A stretch of 64,000 bases of DNA from Nannocystis bainbridge (GCF_028368995.1 NZ_JAQNDL010000003.1:352001-416000); one strand, 5' to 3'. Positions 36,772 to 48,334 are shown, counted from the stretch's first letter. Numbers and translations are program-made. Notes: a model not told the origin generated them from the sequence alone.

Positions 36772-37659
36772 ATGACCACGCAGTTCATCCCGAGCGCCGG
36801 CTTGCTGTCCACGCGCAAGGCCGCCGCCCCGGCCGCCCTCGACGACGAGACCAGCACCTACAAGCTCCACCGCCGCTTCGACCGCATGGGTCGGTTGGTC
36901 GGCGATCCCGGCATGCAGCGGCTGTTCGCCAGTCACGTGGTCGTCGTCGGCCTCGGCGGCGTCGGCAGCTGGGCCGCCGAGTCGCTGGCCCGCAGCGGCG
37001 TCGGCAAGCTCACGATCGTCGACTTCGACCTGATCTGCGTCACCAACGCCAACCGCCAGCTGCACGCCGTGCGCGGCACCACCGGCAAGCCCAAGGCCGT
37101 CGTCATGGCTGAGCGCCTGCGGCTCATCAACCCTCGCTGCGAGGTCGAGCCGCGCCAGGAGTTCTACAACGCCGAGGCCAGCGACGCCTTGTTGGCCGGC
37201 GCGCCCGACCTGGTGGTCGACGCGATCGACAACCTGGCCGCCAAGACCCACCTGATCGCCACCTGTCGCAAGCGGCAGATCCCGCTGGTGGTCTCGGGCG
37301 GCGCCTCGGGCCGCATGGACCCGACCCAGATCCGGATCGCCGACCTCAACGCCGTCGAGAACGACCCCTTCCTGGCGGCCACCCGCAAGCTGCTGCGCAA
37401 GCACCACGAGTTCCCCCACCGCGACAAGGAGTCGTGGGGGATCCCCGCCGTCTACTCGCCCGAGCCCGCGCGCGACCCGCTCGACCTCGACTACGACGGC
37501 GGCGAGGGCTTCCGCTGCGTGTGCCCGCAGGGCGAGAACGACCTCCACGGCTGCATGCACCGCAACGTCATCTACGGCACCGCCAGCTTCGTCACCGGCG
37601 CCTTCGGCCTCGCCTGCGCCAGCGCGGCCGTCCGCACCCTGCTCGGCCAGCCGGTCTGA
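36772..37659 (+). CDS. tcdA: tRNA threonylcarbamoyladenosine dehydratase
   Basis: VVGLGGVGSWAAESLARSG, DFDLICVTNANRQ, DAIDN, DPTQIRIADL, VYSPE, GTASFVTGAFG. Confidence 0.9.
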   Translation: MTTQFIPSAGLLSTRKAAAPAALDDETSTYKLHRRFDRMGRLVGDPGMQRLFASHVVVVGLGGVGSWAAESLARSGVGKLTIVDFDLICVTNANRQLHAVRGTTGKPKAVVMAERLRLINPRCEVEPRQEFYNAEASDALLAGAPDLVVDAIDNLAAKTHLIATCRKRQIPLVVSGGASGRMDPTQIRIADLNAVENDPFLAATRKLLRKHHEFPHRDKESWGIPAVYSPEPARDPLDLDYDGGEGFRCVCPQGENDLHGCMHRNVIYGTASFVTGAFGLACASAAVRTLLGQPV

Positions 37660-37671
37660 AGCTGCCTGAAG

Positions 37672-37751
37672 GGGCATGTCCTGCGGGGCATGCCCTCATG
37701 GGCATGTCCAAACGAGCATGTCGCATCGGACATGCTCCATCGAACATGTGA
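37672..37751. repeat. 14-bp-period array (6 units) filling a convergent gap
   Basis: CATG at 37675, 37689, 37703, 37717, 37731, 37745. Confidence 0.95.
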
Positions 37752-37757
37752 CGATCT

Positions 37758-38888
37758 CTAGCTGCCCCAGCGGACGAACTGGGCCACCAGCTCGGCCAGG
37801 TCCGCCACCGAGGTCGGCGCCGGGTCACGCAGCGGCAGCAGCCACAGCGGCAAGCGCGGATAGGCGGCGGTCAGCGCTTGCCCGGCCGCCACCGACTGCT
37901 CGCCTTGCACGCGCAGCCCCGCGTACACCCCGAGCACCCGCTGCAACGTGTCCTCGAGGACAGCCGGCTCCACCTGCTCGGCCAGCGTCGCCTGCACCGC
38001 CTCGGTCGGCGGCGGCGGCGGGAACGGCGGCAGCACCCGATTGAGGACCACGCTGTCGACCCGCAGCCCGCGCTCGTGCAGCACGCGGAGGAAATCGAGC
38101 CCCTCGCGCACGCTCAGCGGCGACGCGGAAGTCGCCAGCACCACCCCGGTGTCGGGCGACGTGAGCAGCGTCGAGAAGTCGCCGGCGCGCTGCTGGAAGG
38201 CGGAGAGCACCCCGGAGAAGTCGCGGAGGAACGCCCCCAGCTCGGCCAGGAATTCGCCGCCCCCGATCGCCCCGAGGGCCTTCAGCACCACCCCGTTGCC
38301 GACCCCCAGCAGGCGCGCGCCGAGCTTGCCGCCGCCGGTGAGGATCCGCGTCGCCGGGTTGGTCACGACCTCGTGGATCCGCTCGGGCGCGCTGAGGAAA
38401 TCGATCGCGTTGGCCGTCGGCGGCGTGTCGAGCACGATCAGGTCGTAGCGGCGCTCCGCGTGCAGGATCTGCAGCTGGGCCATCGCCGCGTACTCGAGCG
38501 CCCCGCCGAGGTTCTCCGCGATCGCCCGGTAGATCGGGTTCTGCGTGATCTGGCGGGCCGCCGCCGGCGTCTCCGCGTAGGCGCGGACGATGCGGTCGAA
38601 CACCACGTCGGGCGCCAGCAGCAGCGCGTGCAGGCTGCCCTTGCCCTCGAGCGGCAGCGGCACCGGCAGCTCCTCGCCGGCGCGGGCCCGGTCCTGGCCG
38701 AGCGCCTGGGCCAGGCGGCGCGACGGATCGATCGTCACCACCAGCACGCGCTTGCCCTGGCGGGCCGCCCCCAGCGCCAGCGCCGCCGCGCAGGTCGTCT
38801 TGCCGACCCCGCCCGGGCCGACGCACAGCAGCACCCGGCGCGACGGCCCCGCGGACAGCGGGTCCCCTCCTGGTCGGGGTGAGGTCAT
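37758..38888 (-). CDS. ArsA/Get3-family ATPase
   Basis: CVGPGGVGKTT, VTIDPSRRLA, YDLIVLDTPPT. Confidence 0.88.
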   Translation of the reverse strand: MTSPRPGGDPLSAGPSRRVLLCVGPGGVGKTTCAAALALGAARQGKRVLVVTIDPSRRLAQALGQDRARAGEELPVPLPLEGKGSLHALLLAPDVVFDRIVRAYAETPAAARQITQNPIYRAIAENLGGALEYAAMAQLQILHAERRYDLIVLDTPPTANAIDFLSAPERIHEVVTNPATRILTGGGKLGARLLGVGNGVVLKALGAIGGGEFLAELGAFLRDFSGVLSAFQQRAGDFSTLLTSPDTGVVLATSASPLSVREGLDFLRVLHERGLRVDSVVLNRVLPPFPPPPPTEAVQATLAEQVEPAVLEDTLQRVLGVYAGLRVQGEQSVAAGQALTAAYPRLPLWLLPLRDPAPTSVADLAELVAQFVRWGS

Positions 38889-38954
38889 CGCCGGTCCCCC
38901 GCCCCGCCGCGGGCCGTGGACGCGCCCGAAAGAAATGCCGTAGTCTCGCCGCCC

Positions 38955-39476
38955 GTGAGCGCGAGCAGAGAATTTGTCGTGCGCATCGGCGAGCGCGAGC
39001 TCGTCGCGCGAGTGACCGCCTCCGACCCGCCCGTCGTCGTCGTCGACGGCGTCGCCCACGAGGTCACGCCGGTCGCCGGCGGGCGCAGCCACGTGCGCGT
39101 GCAGGGCGAGGCGGCCCAGCGGATCGTCAGCCTCGACGGCGCGGCCTCGCCGACGGCCGCCGCGATCGGCGGCGTCGCCTTCGCCCTCGACGTCCGCACA
39201 GCCCAGGCGGCCGCCCGCGACGCCGCCCTCGCGGCCACCGGCAGCGCCAGCGCCGGCGGCGGCCTCGTCAAGGCGCCCATGCCCGGTCGCGTCGTCCGCG
39301 TGCTCGTCAGCGCCGGCCAGACCGTCGAGCGCGGCACCCCGCTCGTCATCGTCGAGGCCATGAAGATGGAGAACGAGCTGCTGGCCACCGTCGCCGGCGT
39401 CATCAAGGCCGTGCACGTCGGCGAGGGCGTCGCCGTCGACGCCGGCCAGGCCCTGGTCGAGCTCGACCCGTCCTGA
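38955..39476 (+). CDS. Biotin carboxyl carrier/biotinyl domain protein
   Basis: KAPMPGRVV..VEAMKMENE; start estimated. Confidence 0.9.
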   Translation: MSASREFVVRIGERELVARVTASDPPVVVVDGVAHEVTPVAGGRSHVRVQGEAAQRIVSLDGAASPTAAAIGGVAFALDVRTAQAAARDAALAATGSASAGGGLVKAPMPGRVVRVLVSAGQTVERGTPLVIVEAMKMENELLATVAGVIKAVHVGEGVAVDAGQALVELDPS

Positions 39477-39477
39477 A

Positions 39478-39515
39478 GGTCATGTCCTGAGGGACCTGTC
39501 CGATTGACCATCTGA
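39478..39515. repeat. 14-bp-period array (3 units) filling a convergent gap
   Basis: CATG 39481, CCTG 39495, CATC 39509. Confidence 0.8.
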
Positions 39516-39516
39516 T

Positions 39517-40482
39517 TCACGCCGCCCTCCGCGGCTCGAGCGTCGCCAGCACGTCTTCGACGTCGGCCAGCCCCGCGAAGCCCTGGAAGCGCCACGGCAG
39601 CGGCACCACCGGCGGCACCCGGCGGCCCGCCTCTTGCTCGCCGGCCAGCCACGTCTCGACGTGACCGCGCTGGCGCGCCGCCTGTTGCGCCACCACATTG
39701 GTCGCGGCCAGCATGCGCGCCACCTGGCCGTCGGGGTCGAGCGCGGGCGGACCGGCCTGGAACGCCGGCAGCTCGGGCCACGTGCCGTTGACGAAGATCC
39801 CGCCGATGTGCACCCGCGACTCGCTGCGCAGCGACGCCGCCATCTCGCCCAGCTCGGTCAGCGGCCAGCGGTCGGGCAGGCCGACCAGCACCGCCTGCGT
39901 CACCATCGGATCCTCGAGGCTCGCTTGCATCGCCTGGGCCTCACGCGGCAGCGGTCCGACCCGCACCGCCTTCAGGATCGCTTGCGGGATCCCCAGCGTG
40001 TAGCGGAGGTGGCCCGTCGCTGGCCCGTCGAACACCACCACGTCGAAGCTGCGCGCCCGGACCGCCTCGTGCCAGATCTTGCCGAGCACCGCGAAATCGT
40101 CGAGCCCGGGCACCGCGCGGACCAGGCGGCGGATCGGCGCGCTGTCGAAGACCGCGCCGGCGATCCGCTCGCTGCGCAGCACCATCGTCCCGTACTCGCG
40201 CACGCACACCGTCGGCACCACGCGCTGGACGAACAGGCCCGGGCCTGCGACCGACGGCGTCTCGCTCAGCGTGCGGTGGCCGAGCATCCACGCCAGGCGG
40301 TCGTCGAGGCCGACTGTCGCCACCAGCACCCGCCGGCCGCGCCGGGCCAGGGACAGGCCGAGGAGCGCGGCGACCGTCGTTCTGCCGACGCCGCCTTTGC
40401 CGCTGACGACCAGCAGCTGACGCTGGGCGAGGGCATCGAGGACGGCTCCGAACCCGGAGGCGGGGGCGCTGGAGACAGCCAT
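39517..40482 (-). CDS. ArsA/Get3-family ATPase (second partner)
   Basis: VSGKGGVGRTT, PGLDDF..LGK, FDVVVFDGPATGH. Confidence 0.85.
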   Translation of the reverse strand: MAVSSAPASGFGAVLDALAQRQLLVVSGKGGVGRTTVAALLGLSLARRGRRVLVATVGLDDRLAWMLGHRTLSETPSVAGPGLFVQRVVPTVCVREYGTMVLRSERIAGAVFDSAPIRRLVRAVPGLDDFAVLGKIWHEAVRARSFDVVVFDGPATGHLRYTLGIPQAILKAVRVGPLPREAQAMQASLEDPMVTQAVLVGLPDRWPLTELGEMAASLRSESRVHIGGIFVNGTWPELPAFQAGPPALDPDGQVARMLAATNVVAQQAARQRGHVETWLAGEQEAGRRVPPVVPLPWRFQGFAGLADVEDVLATLEPRRAA

Positions 40483-40642
40483 GGAATGGGGCGAACCTTG
40501 GCACAGACCCGGGCCGCTCGCTACCACAAGGCGCCAAACCCTCACGTGTGGCCGCCCTCCCCGGGAGGTCTCCGGCTGCGCCCTTGACCTCCCCGCCGCC
40601 GGCGACCATTCTCCGCCCACGATCGGCCGGGAGATTACGGAC

Positions 40643-41434
40643 GTGGCAGTCGAGATCAAGAGCAAGCGCGACATCGAGAAGATGCGGGCCACGTGCCGGC
40701 TGGCGGCCTCCGTGCTCGACCACATCGCCCCGCACGTCGTCCCCGGCGTCACCACCGGCCAGCTCGACAAGATCTGCCACGAGTACATCGTCGGCCACGG
40801 CGCCTACCCCTCGCCGCTCAACTACAAGGGCTTCCCGCGCTCGATCTGCACCTCGGTCAACGAGGTCATCTGCCACGGCATCCCTGGCGACCAGGTCCTC
40901 GCCGCCGGCGACATCGTCAACATCGACATCACCACCACCCTCGACGGCTACTTCGGCGACTGCTCCGACATGTTCGTCGTCGGCGGCAGCACCACCCCCG
41001 AGGCGCAGCAGCTGATCGACGTCACCCGCGAGTCGCTGTGGCTCGGCATCGCCGAGGTCAGCCCGACCAAGCGGATCGGCGACATCGGCGCGGCGATCTA
41101 CGAGTTCGCCCACGGCCGCCACGGCTACGGCGTCGTCGAGGCCTTCTGCGGCCACGGCATCGGCCGCGAGTTCCACATGGCGCCGCAGGTCTCGCACGTC
41201 GGCAAGCGCGGCAACGGCCTGCGCATGAAGCCGGGCATGACCTTCACCATCGAGCCGATGATCAACATCGGCACCCCCCACTGCGACATCCTGGCTGACG
41301 GCTGGACCGCCGTCACCAAGGACCTCAAGTGGAGCGCCCAGGTCGAGCACACGATCCTCGTCACCGACCACGGCTACGAGGTCCTCACCCTGCGCGACGC
41401 CTCCTGGCGGCCCTCCTGGGCCCGCGCCAGCTGA
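40643..41434 (+). CDS. map: Methionine aminopeptidase type I
   Basis: SICTSVNEVICHGIP, DIVNIDIT, GHGIG..FH, FTIEPMIN, SAQVEHT; GTG start after GGAG. Confidence 0.96.
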   Translation: MAVEIKSKRDIEKMRATCRLAASVLDHIAPHVVPGVTTGQLDKICHEYIVGHGAYPSPLNYKGFPRSICTSVNEVICHGIPGDQVLAAGDIVNIDITTTLDGYFGDCSDMFVVGGSTTPEAQQLIDVTRESLWLGIAEVSPTKRIGDIGAAIYEFAHGRHGYGVVEAFCGHGIGREFHMAPQVSHVGKRGNGLRMKPGMTFTIEPMINIGTPHCDILADGWTAVTKDLKWSAQVEHTILVTDHGYEVLTLRDASWRPSWARAS

Positions 41435-41459
41435 GCGCCCGCCGGACCTGCCCTCGGGC

Positions 41460-41530
41460 CAGGCTCCCGCGCGAGCCTGCTGAGGTCTCTTTGGACATCA
41501 ACCTTGGGTCAGGCTCTCCGCGCGAGCCTG
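41460..41530. repeat. Two copies of a small hairpin CAGGCTC..GAGCCTG
   Basis: Copies at 41460-41479 and 41510-41530. Confidence 0.65.
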
Positions 41531-41531
41531 G

Positions 41532-41611
41532 CAGCATGTCTCTTCAGACATGACCTTCGGGACATTCCCGTACGCGCATGTCCCGAAGGTCATGTCCTTC
41601 AGGACATGACC
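41532..41611. repeat. 14-bp-period array (6 units)
   Basis: Cores 41535, 41549, 41563 (CATT), 41577, 41591, 41605; ends about 10 bp from the TetR stop. Confidence 0.93.
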
Positions 41612-41621
41612 TCCGCACGCC

Positions 41622-42230
41622 TCACCGGCTCGTACGCGGCCGGGCCAGCGCCCCGTGCAGCAGCAGGTCGACCAGCTGTTGCAGCCAGGCCTCGTCGAGC
41701 GGCTCGCGCTCGAAGAACAGCCGCCGGTTGAGCGCCGCGCCGAGCACGTCGAACAGCAGCTTCGGGTCGACCCCGGGCGCCAGCTCGCCGCGCCTGTCGG
41801 CCGCCTCGAGGATCGCCCGCGGCACCGCCTCGAAGCTCGTGCGCAGCGAGCGGACGATCGCCACCAGCTCCGGGTCGCCGCCCTCGACCACGAACAGGCG
41901 GTACAGCCCCTGGTACTCCGCCTGCGCCCCGAGCGACGCGATCCGGCGCGCGATCGCCAGCAGGTCCTCGCGCAGCGAGCCGGCGTCGGCGACCGTCAAC
42001 GCCGCGCCCGCGATCGACAGCAGCGCGTCGCGGACCAGCTCCTGCTTGGTCGGCCAGCGCCGGTACACGGTCGTCTTGTTGACCCCCGCCAGCGCCGCCA
42101 CGTCCTCGATCCTCAGCCCGTGGTAGCCGGCCCGCGCGGCCTCGCGCAGCGTCGCCGCGAGCACCCCGCGCACGACCGCCTCGCCGCGCACCAGCGGCTC
42201 CGATTTGCCCTTCCGCCTCGCCTGGACCAC
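41622..42230 (-). CDS. TetR family transcriptional regulator
   Basis: LRIEDVAALAGVNKTTVYRRWPTKQEL HTH. Confidence 0.93.
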   Translation of the reverse strand: MVQARRKGKSEPLVRGEAVVRGVLAATLREAARAGYHGLRIEDVAALAGVNKTTVYRRWPTKQELVRDALLSIAGAALTVADAGSLREDLLAIARRIASLGAQAEYQGLYRLFVVEGGDPELVAIVRSLRTSFEAVPRAILEAADRRGELAPGVDPKLLFDVLGAALNRRLFFEREPLDEAWLQQLVDLLLHGALARPRTSR

Positions 42231-42268
42231 GCGCCCGCCCAGCCTATCACCGCGCTCGTCCGCTCATC

Positions 42269-42328
42269 GCAACAATTTGTTGCCATCCCCTCGCGGCGTG
42301 TCACCCTACGATCGCAACAAATCGTTGC
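42269..42328. promoter_or_regulatory. Two palindromic operator-like sites between divergent TetR and P450 genes
   Basis: GCAACAATTTGTTGC (42269-42283, perfect dyad) and GCAACAAATCGTTGC (42314-42328). Confidence 0.8.
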
Positions 42329-42337
42329 GGTACCGCC

Positions 42338-43579
42338 ATGACCGACACCCACGACCTTTTCAGCCCCGCCATGCTCGCCGACCCGTACCCCGTCTACGCC
42401 CGCCTGCGCGAGCAGGCCCCGGTGCTGCACGTGCCGCAGATCGGCATGTGGCTGGTGACGCGCTACGACCACGTCCAGCACATCCTCAAGTCCCCCGACC
42501 TCTTCTCTTCCTCGCGCACGCCGGCGCTCGAGCAGCTGCGGGACCCCCGGCTCACCGAGGGCGTGGAGATGCTGGCCAGCAGCTCGCTCGTCGCCCTCGA
42601 CCCGCCCGATCACACCCGGCTGCGGCGGCTCGTCAACGTCGCCTTCACCCCGCGGGCGGTCCAAAGCCTCGAGACGAGGATCCGCCAGCTCGCGCGCGAG
42701 CTCGTCGACGAGCTCGCGCGCAAGGACAGCTTCGACCTCATGGAGGACCTCGCCGTCCCGCTGCCGGTGATCGTGATCAGCGAGCTGCTCGGCGTCGACC
42801 CGGCGCGGCGCGTCGAGTTCAAGCGCTGGTCGGACGACCTGCTCCTCGGCTCGCGGCTCGACGGGCACCTCGACACCGCGGAGATCGATCGCGTCGTCGC
42901 CAGTCGCCGCGAGTTCATCGCGTTCTTCCACGCGATGATCGAGCACCGCCGCCGCGCGCCCGGTGACGACCTGCTGAGCGACCTGGTGCGCGCCGAGGCC
43001 GAGCGCGACGCGCTGACCGCCGAGGAGGTGCTGACGATGGCGCTGCTGCTGATGGTCGCCGGCAACGAGACCACCACCAACCTGATCGGCAACGGCGTCG
43101 TCGCCCTGCTCGAGCACCCGGACGTGCTCCCGCGCCTGCGCGCCGAGCCGGCGCGGATCCCCGCCTTCCTCGAGGAGGTCCTGCGCTGGCGCTCACCGGT
43201 CGTCATGCTGGTGCGCACGACCCGGCGCCCCGTCACCCTCGGCGACGTCGAGGTGCCGAAGGACGCCGTGCTCGGCGTCCTCGTCGACGCGGCCAACCAT
43301 GACCCGGCGCAGTTCCCCGAGCCGGCGCGCTTCGACATCGAGCGTCAGCCGGCCCACCTCTCGTTCGGCCACGGCATCCACTTCTGCGTCGGCGCCCCGC
43401 TGTCGCGCCTCGAAGGGCGGGTCGTCTTCGAGGAGCTGCTCGCGCGCGTGCCCGCCTTCACGCGCGAGCCCGGGCCGCTCGAGTGGGCGCCGAGCTTCGG
43501 CCTGCGCGGCCTGAAGCGCCTCGTGCTGCGCCGCGGCGAGCCGCTCAGCGCTGCAGCGTCACGCGGAAGTACGGCATGA
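42338..43579 (+). CDS. Cytochrome P450
   Basis: DPPDHTRLRRLV, AGNETT, EEVLR, FGHGIHFCVG heme motif. Confidence 0.96.
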   Translation: MTDTHDLFSPAMLADPYPVYARLREQAPVLHVPQIGMWLVTRYDHVQHILKSPDLFSSSRTPALEQLRDPRLTEGVEMLASSSLVALDPPDHTRLRRLVNVAFTPRAVQSLETRIRQLARELVDELARKDSFDLMEDLAVPLPVIVISELLGVDPARRVEFKRWSDDLLLGSRLDGHLDTAEIDRVVASRREFIAFFHAMIEHRRRAPGDDLLSDLVRAEAERDALTAEEVLTMALLLMVAGNETTTNLIGNGVVALLEHPDVLPRLRAEPARIPAFLEEVLRWRSPVVMLVRTTRRPVTLGDVEVPKDAVLGVLVDAANHDPAQFPEPARFDIERQPAHLSFGHGIHFCVGAPLSRLEGRVVFEELLARVPAFTREPGPLEWAPSFGLRGLKRLVLRRGEPLSAAASRGSTA

Positions 43580-44252
43580 TCGCCTTCCAGTCCTGCTGGA
43601 TGGCGCGGGTGTCGCCGTACGGGTACTCCGTGCGGGCGATGTAGAGCACGTCGCCGTACGGGAACATGAACTGCTGGATCTCGCGGGTCGCGTTGCCCGA
43701 CTCGTCGGTCACCTGCAGCTTGGCGTAGATGCCGGTCTTGTCGAAGTAACCGTCGTTGAACGACAGGTCCTCGATGCTGAGGCCGGCCTCCTGGTACTGG
43801 TTGCGGTAGTAGGCCACCGCGCGCTCGTCGACCGGGCGCTCTTTCGGCGCCAGGTAGAACGTCAGCGCGATCGCCTCGCTGTCCGACGAAGCGCTGGCGC
43901 CGAGGTCCTCGTCGGAGCTCGACACGGCGCCGCCGGACGAGCAGGACGCCACCGTCACCCACCCCGGGTTGCTCTCGAGCTCACCCTTCGAGTGGCCGGT
44001 CTCCTCGCAGTTCTTGAACACGTACAGCGTGTCGGGGATCTCGAACTCGAGCCCGATCTGCGGGATCTTGATGGTGTTGCCCTCTTTCTTCCCGCTGGTC
44101 GGATTGTCGATCCACTGCCGGGCCGCGGACTGCTTCCCCTTGCGCCGGGAGCTGCTGCCGCCGCAACCGGCCGCCGTGAGCGAACCGGCCGCCACAGCCA
44201 GCGCGAGAGCAAAGGACACGTTCTTGGGGAAGCTGCGAGAGAGAGACATCAT
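43545..44252 (-). CDS. Hypothetical lipoprotein
   Basis: Lipobox AAGC; 3' end overlaps the P450 3' end by 35 bp. Confidence 0.75.
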   Translation of the reverse strand: MMSLSRSFPKNVSFALALAVAAGSLTAAGCGGSSSRRKGKQSAARQWIDNPTSGKKEGNTIKIPQIGLEFEIPDTLYVFKNCEETGHSKGELESNPGWVTVASCSSGGAVSSSDEDLGASASSDSEAIALTFYLAPKERPVDERAVAYYRNQYQEAGLSIEDLSFNDGYFDKTGIYAKLQVTDESGNATREIQQFMFPYGDVLYIARTEYPYGDTRAIQQDWKAIMPYFRVTLQR

Positions 44253-44432
44253 GGCTGCTGAAAACCGCTCGCGCGCACAGTACCCAAGTGCGTCCCGGGC
44301 GGCAAGCGCTCGCCCGCTCGCTGCCCGCGCCGCCTCGGGCGCTCGCCTCTCGCCGGTGTCACCGGCTCGTCACGCAGGTCCTCCGCCTGCGAGCGTCCGC
44401 ATGCGTGCGCGGGCCCAGGGGCGCGTGCACGC

Positions 44433-46055
<1,623 letters not shown>

Positions 46056-46074
46056 GTCCCTATCCTCCCTGTCC

Positions 46075-46806
46075 TCAAAACCATGCCTGGTAGGCCAGCG
46101 TCACGTTGAGGAGCATGTCGAACACCACGCTGTCCGGCGGCGTGCCGACCGGCGCGGCCGGGTCGACCACCACCCGCGTGCGTGAGAACGCCTTCTGGAA
46201 ATCGACCCCGAGCGCGAGCCCGTGGTTGTTGCGGATCGGCACGCCGATGCTGGCCCCGACGCGGATCAGCGGGTCGTAGGCGACGGTCTGCTCGTCCTCC
46301 CACGGGTTGGCCGACCGCATGCGCCGCCAGTTGGAGATCATCAGCCCCGCGCCGGCCCCGAACTCGATCACCAGCACCCGCGCCGGGATCTGAAAGGATG
46401 GCCCGAGCGTCAGGTCGGTGTGAGACAGCGACGAGACCCGCGTCACCTGCTGACCGATCGGCGCGCCCGTGTTCGGATCGATCGGCGTGGTCGGATCGGC
46501 CGGCACGGTGAAGCGGTTGCGATCGGGGAAGCGGGTGTGCCCGCCCTGGAACTCGAAGCCGAACCGCATCGGCCCGAGGCGCAGCGCGTGGTAGCGCAGG
46601 GCGATGCCGAAGCCGAACCCGAGCGGCGGCCGGCGATCGAACAAGACGTCGCCGGCGCCGATCAGGATGCCCATGCGGCCGATGATCGACACCCCGAACA
46701 CCCGCTTCTTCTCGGCGATGTCGAGCACCGTGTTGCCGCGCGGCGCGGGCAGACCCGAGGCGCCGTAGGCGAGACACGTGGCCAGGAGCGCCGCCAGAGG
46801 AAGCAT
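46075..46806 (-). CDS. Putative outer-membrane beta-barrel protein
   Basis: Signal peptide, amphipathic strands, terminal YQAWF. Confidence 0.65.
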   Translation of the reverse strand: MLPLAALLATCLAYGASGLPAPRGNTVLDIAEKKRVFGVSIIGRMGILIGAGDVLFDRRPPLGFGFGIALRYHALRLGPMRFGFEFQGGHTRFPDRNRFTVPADPTTPIDPNTGAPIGQQVTRVSSLSHTDLTLGPSFQIPARVLVIEFGAGAGLMISNWRRMRSANPWEDEQTVAYDPLIRVGASIGVPIRNNHGLALGVDFQKAFSRTRVVVDPAAPVGTPPDSVVFDMLLNVTLAYQAWF

Positions 46807-46852
46807 GCGAGGGGCACCATAGCAAAACTTTTTCGCGCATAATCCCCCGCGC

Positions 46853-47995
46853 ATGACCACTCGCGTCGCACTCCGGCGAGACGCCGGCCGGATCGGCCCC
46901 GAGACCGGGCCGTGGATCCGTCAGCGCCAGGTCGCCAAGATCTGGGGACCCCCGGACCCCGCGAGCCTCGCGCAGCTCGTCGACCACCGCGACGTCGTCC
47001 TCGGCTGGGGCCTGCTCGCCGTCGACGCCGACATCCCGCTGCGCGTCGTCAGCTGGGGCACCGCGCCGCCCGACGCGGGCTGGTTCGAGCGCAGGCTCGC
47101 GGCCGCCCTCGCCGCCCGCGCCGAGCTCGGCCTCGCCGCCGATCCCGGCACCACCGCCTATCGCGAGGTCAACAGCGAGGGCGACGGCCTGCCTGGCCTC
47201 GTCGTCGACCGCTACGGCGACGACCGCGTGGTCCAGCTCGGCACCACCGCGGTCGCCGCTCGCCGCGCCGCGATCCTCGAGTTCCTGCGCCCGCGCACCC
47301 CCGGCCGCCTGTTCGTGATCGCCGACGAGGCCGCGACCGACGAGCCCGAGGCCGCGCTCGAGTTCCAGGAACATGGCCTTTGGTTCAGCTGCCCGGCCCC
47401 GCCGGCGCAGAAGACCGGGGCCTACCTCGATCAGCGCGACAACCGCCGCCTGGCCGCTCAGCTCGCCGTGCGCGCCGCCGGCCCCATGCTCGACCTCGGC
47501 TGTCACGTCGGCGGCTTCGTCGTGCACGCGGCCGCCGCCGGGATCGCCGCCGTCGGCCTCGACCAGAGCGCGCGCGCCCTCGATTTCGCCCGCCGCAACG
47601 CCGCCCGCAACGACCTGGCCGATCGGACAGCCTTCGTCCAGGCCGACATGTTCGGCGCCCTCGATCACCCCGACCTGGCCGGGCCGTTCGGCGTGATCGT
47701 GTTCGACCCGCCGCGGATCGCCACCGGCTCGCAGGGGCGCGAGCGCGCCGTAGGAGCCATGGCCCGCAGCCTCGGCCGCCTGCTCCCGCGCCTGCAGCCC
47801 GGCGGGTTCCTGCTGGCCTGCAGCTGCTCGCACCACGTCGGCCGCGCCGACCTCGACGCCGCGCTCCTGGCCGCCGGCGCCCGCGACCTGGCCCGCGTGC
47901 ACGCCGTCGGCCCCGGCCCCGACCACCCCGTCTGGCCCGGCCACGCCGAGGGCGAGTACCTGCGCGTCAACGTCTACCAGCGCCGCGCCGTCTGA
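46853..47995 (+). CDS. RlmI-like class I SAM-dependent rRNA methyltransferase
   Basis: NSEGDGLPGLVVDRY, QKTGAYLDQRDNR, LDLGCHVGGF, FDPP, SCS, GEYL. Confidence 0.85.
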   Translation: MTTRVALRRDAGRIGPETGPWIRQRQVAKIWGPPDPASLAQLVDHRDVVLGWGLLAVDADIPLRVVSWGTAPPDAGWFERRLAAALAARAELGLAADPGTTAYREVNSEGDGLPGLVVDRYGDDRVVQLGTTAVAARRAAILEFLRPRTPGRLFVIADEAATDEPEAALEFQEHGLWFSCPAPPAQKTGAYLDQRDNRRLAAQLAVRAAGPMLDLGCHVGGFVVHAAAAGIAAVGLDQSARALDFARRNAARNDLADRTAFVQADMFGALDHPDLAGPFGVIVFDPPRIATGSQGRERAVGAMARSLGRLLPRLQPGGFLLACSCSHHVGRADLDAALLAAGARDLARVHAVGPGPDHPVWPGHAEGEYLRVNVYQRRAV

Positions 47996-48001
47996 CCCTG
48001 C

Positions 48002-48138
48002 GGACATGCCCGCCCAGACATGTTTCTAAAAGCATGCCCGATCGGACATGTCCTTCAGTGCATGTTTCGAACCAGCGGTCGCTGTTGAGTATGCCCGATC
48101 GGGCATGTCCTTCAGTTCATGTCCATGCGGACATGCCC
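48002..48138. repeat. 14-bp-period array (5+4 units)
   Basis: CATG 48005, 48019, 48033, 48047, 48061; then 48090 (TATG), 48104, 48118, 48132. The block atgcccgatcggrcatgtccttcagt is duplicated. Confidence 0.95.
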
Positions 48139-48281
48139 GGCCGTGCCCACCTATTCGGCCGCTCGGCGCTCGCCCCGATCCGGCGGTCGCTATTCACCCC
48201 GCCGCGCGACGCATCGTCGTCGACCGCCGTCCATCGCTGAACTGTCGCCGTGTGGCGCGAGCGCTCGGCCAGCGCCACGAT

Positions 48282-48319
48282 CGACATGCTCCTCAAGACA
48301 TGCCCGCGAGGCCATGTCC
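48282..48319. repeat. 14-bp-period array (3 units)
   Basis: CATG 48285, 48299, 48313. Confidence 0.85.
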
Positions 48320-48334
48320 CAGGGACCAACCCGC

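Noticed and set aside
37672-37751. 14-bp arrays as CRISPR arrays, IS ends or p53-type elements
   Set aside because: Period is far too short for CRISPR, and no transposase or target duplications are seen. The resemblance of GGACATGTCC to the eukaryotic RRRCWWGYYY half-site is treated as coincidence.
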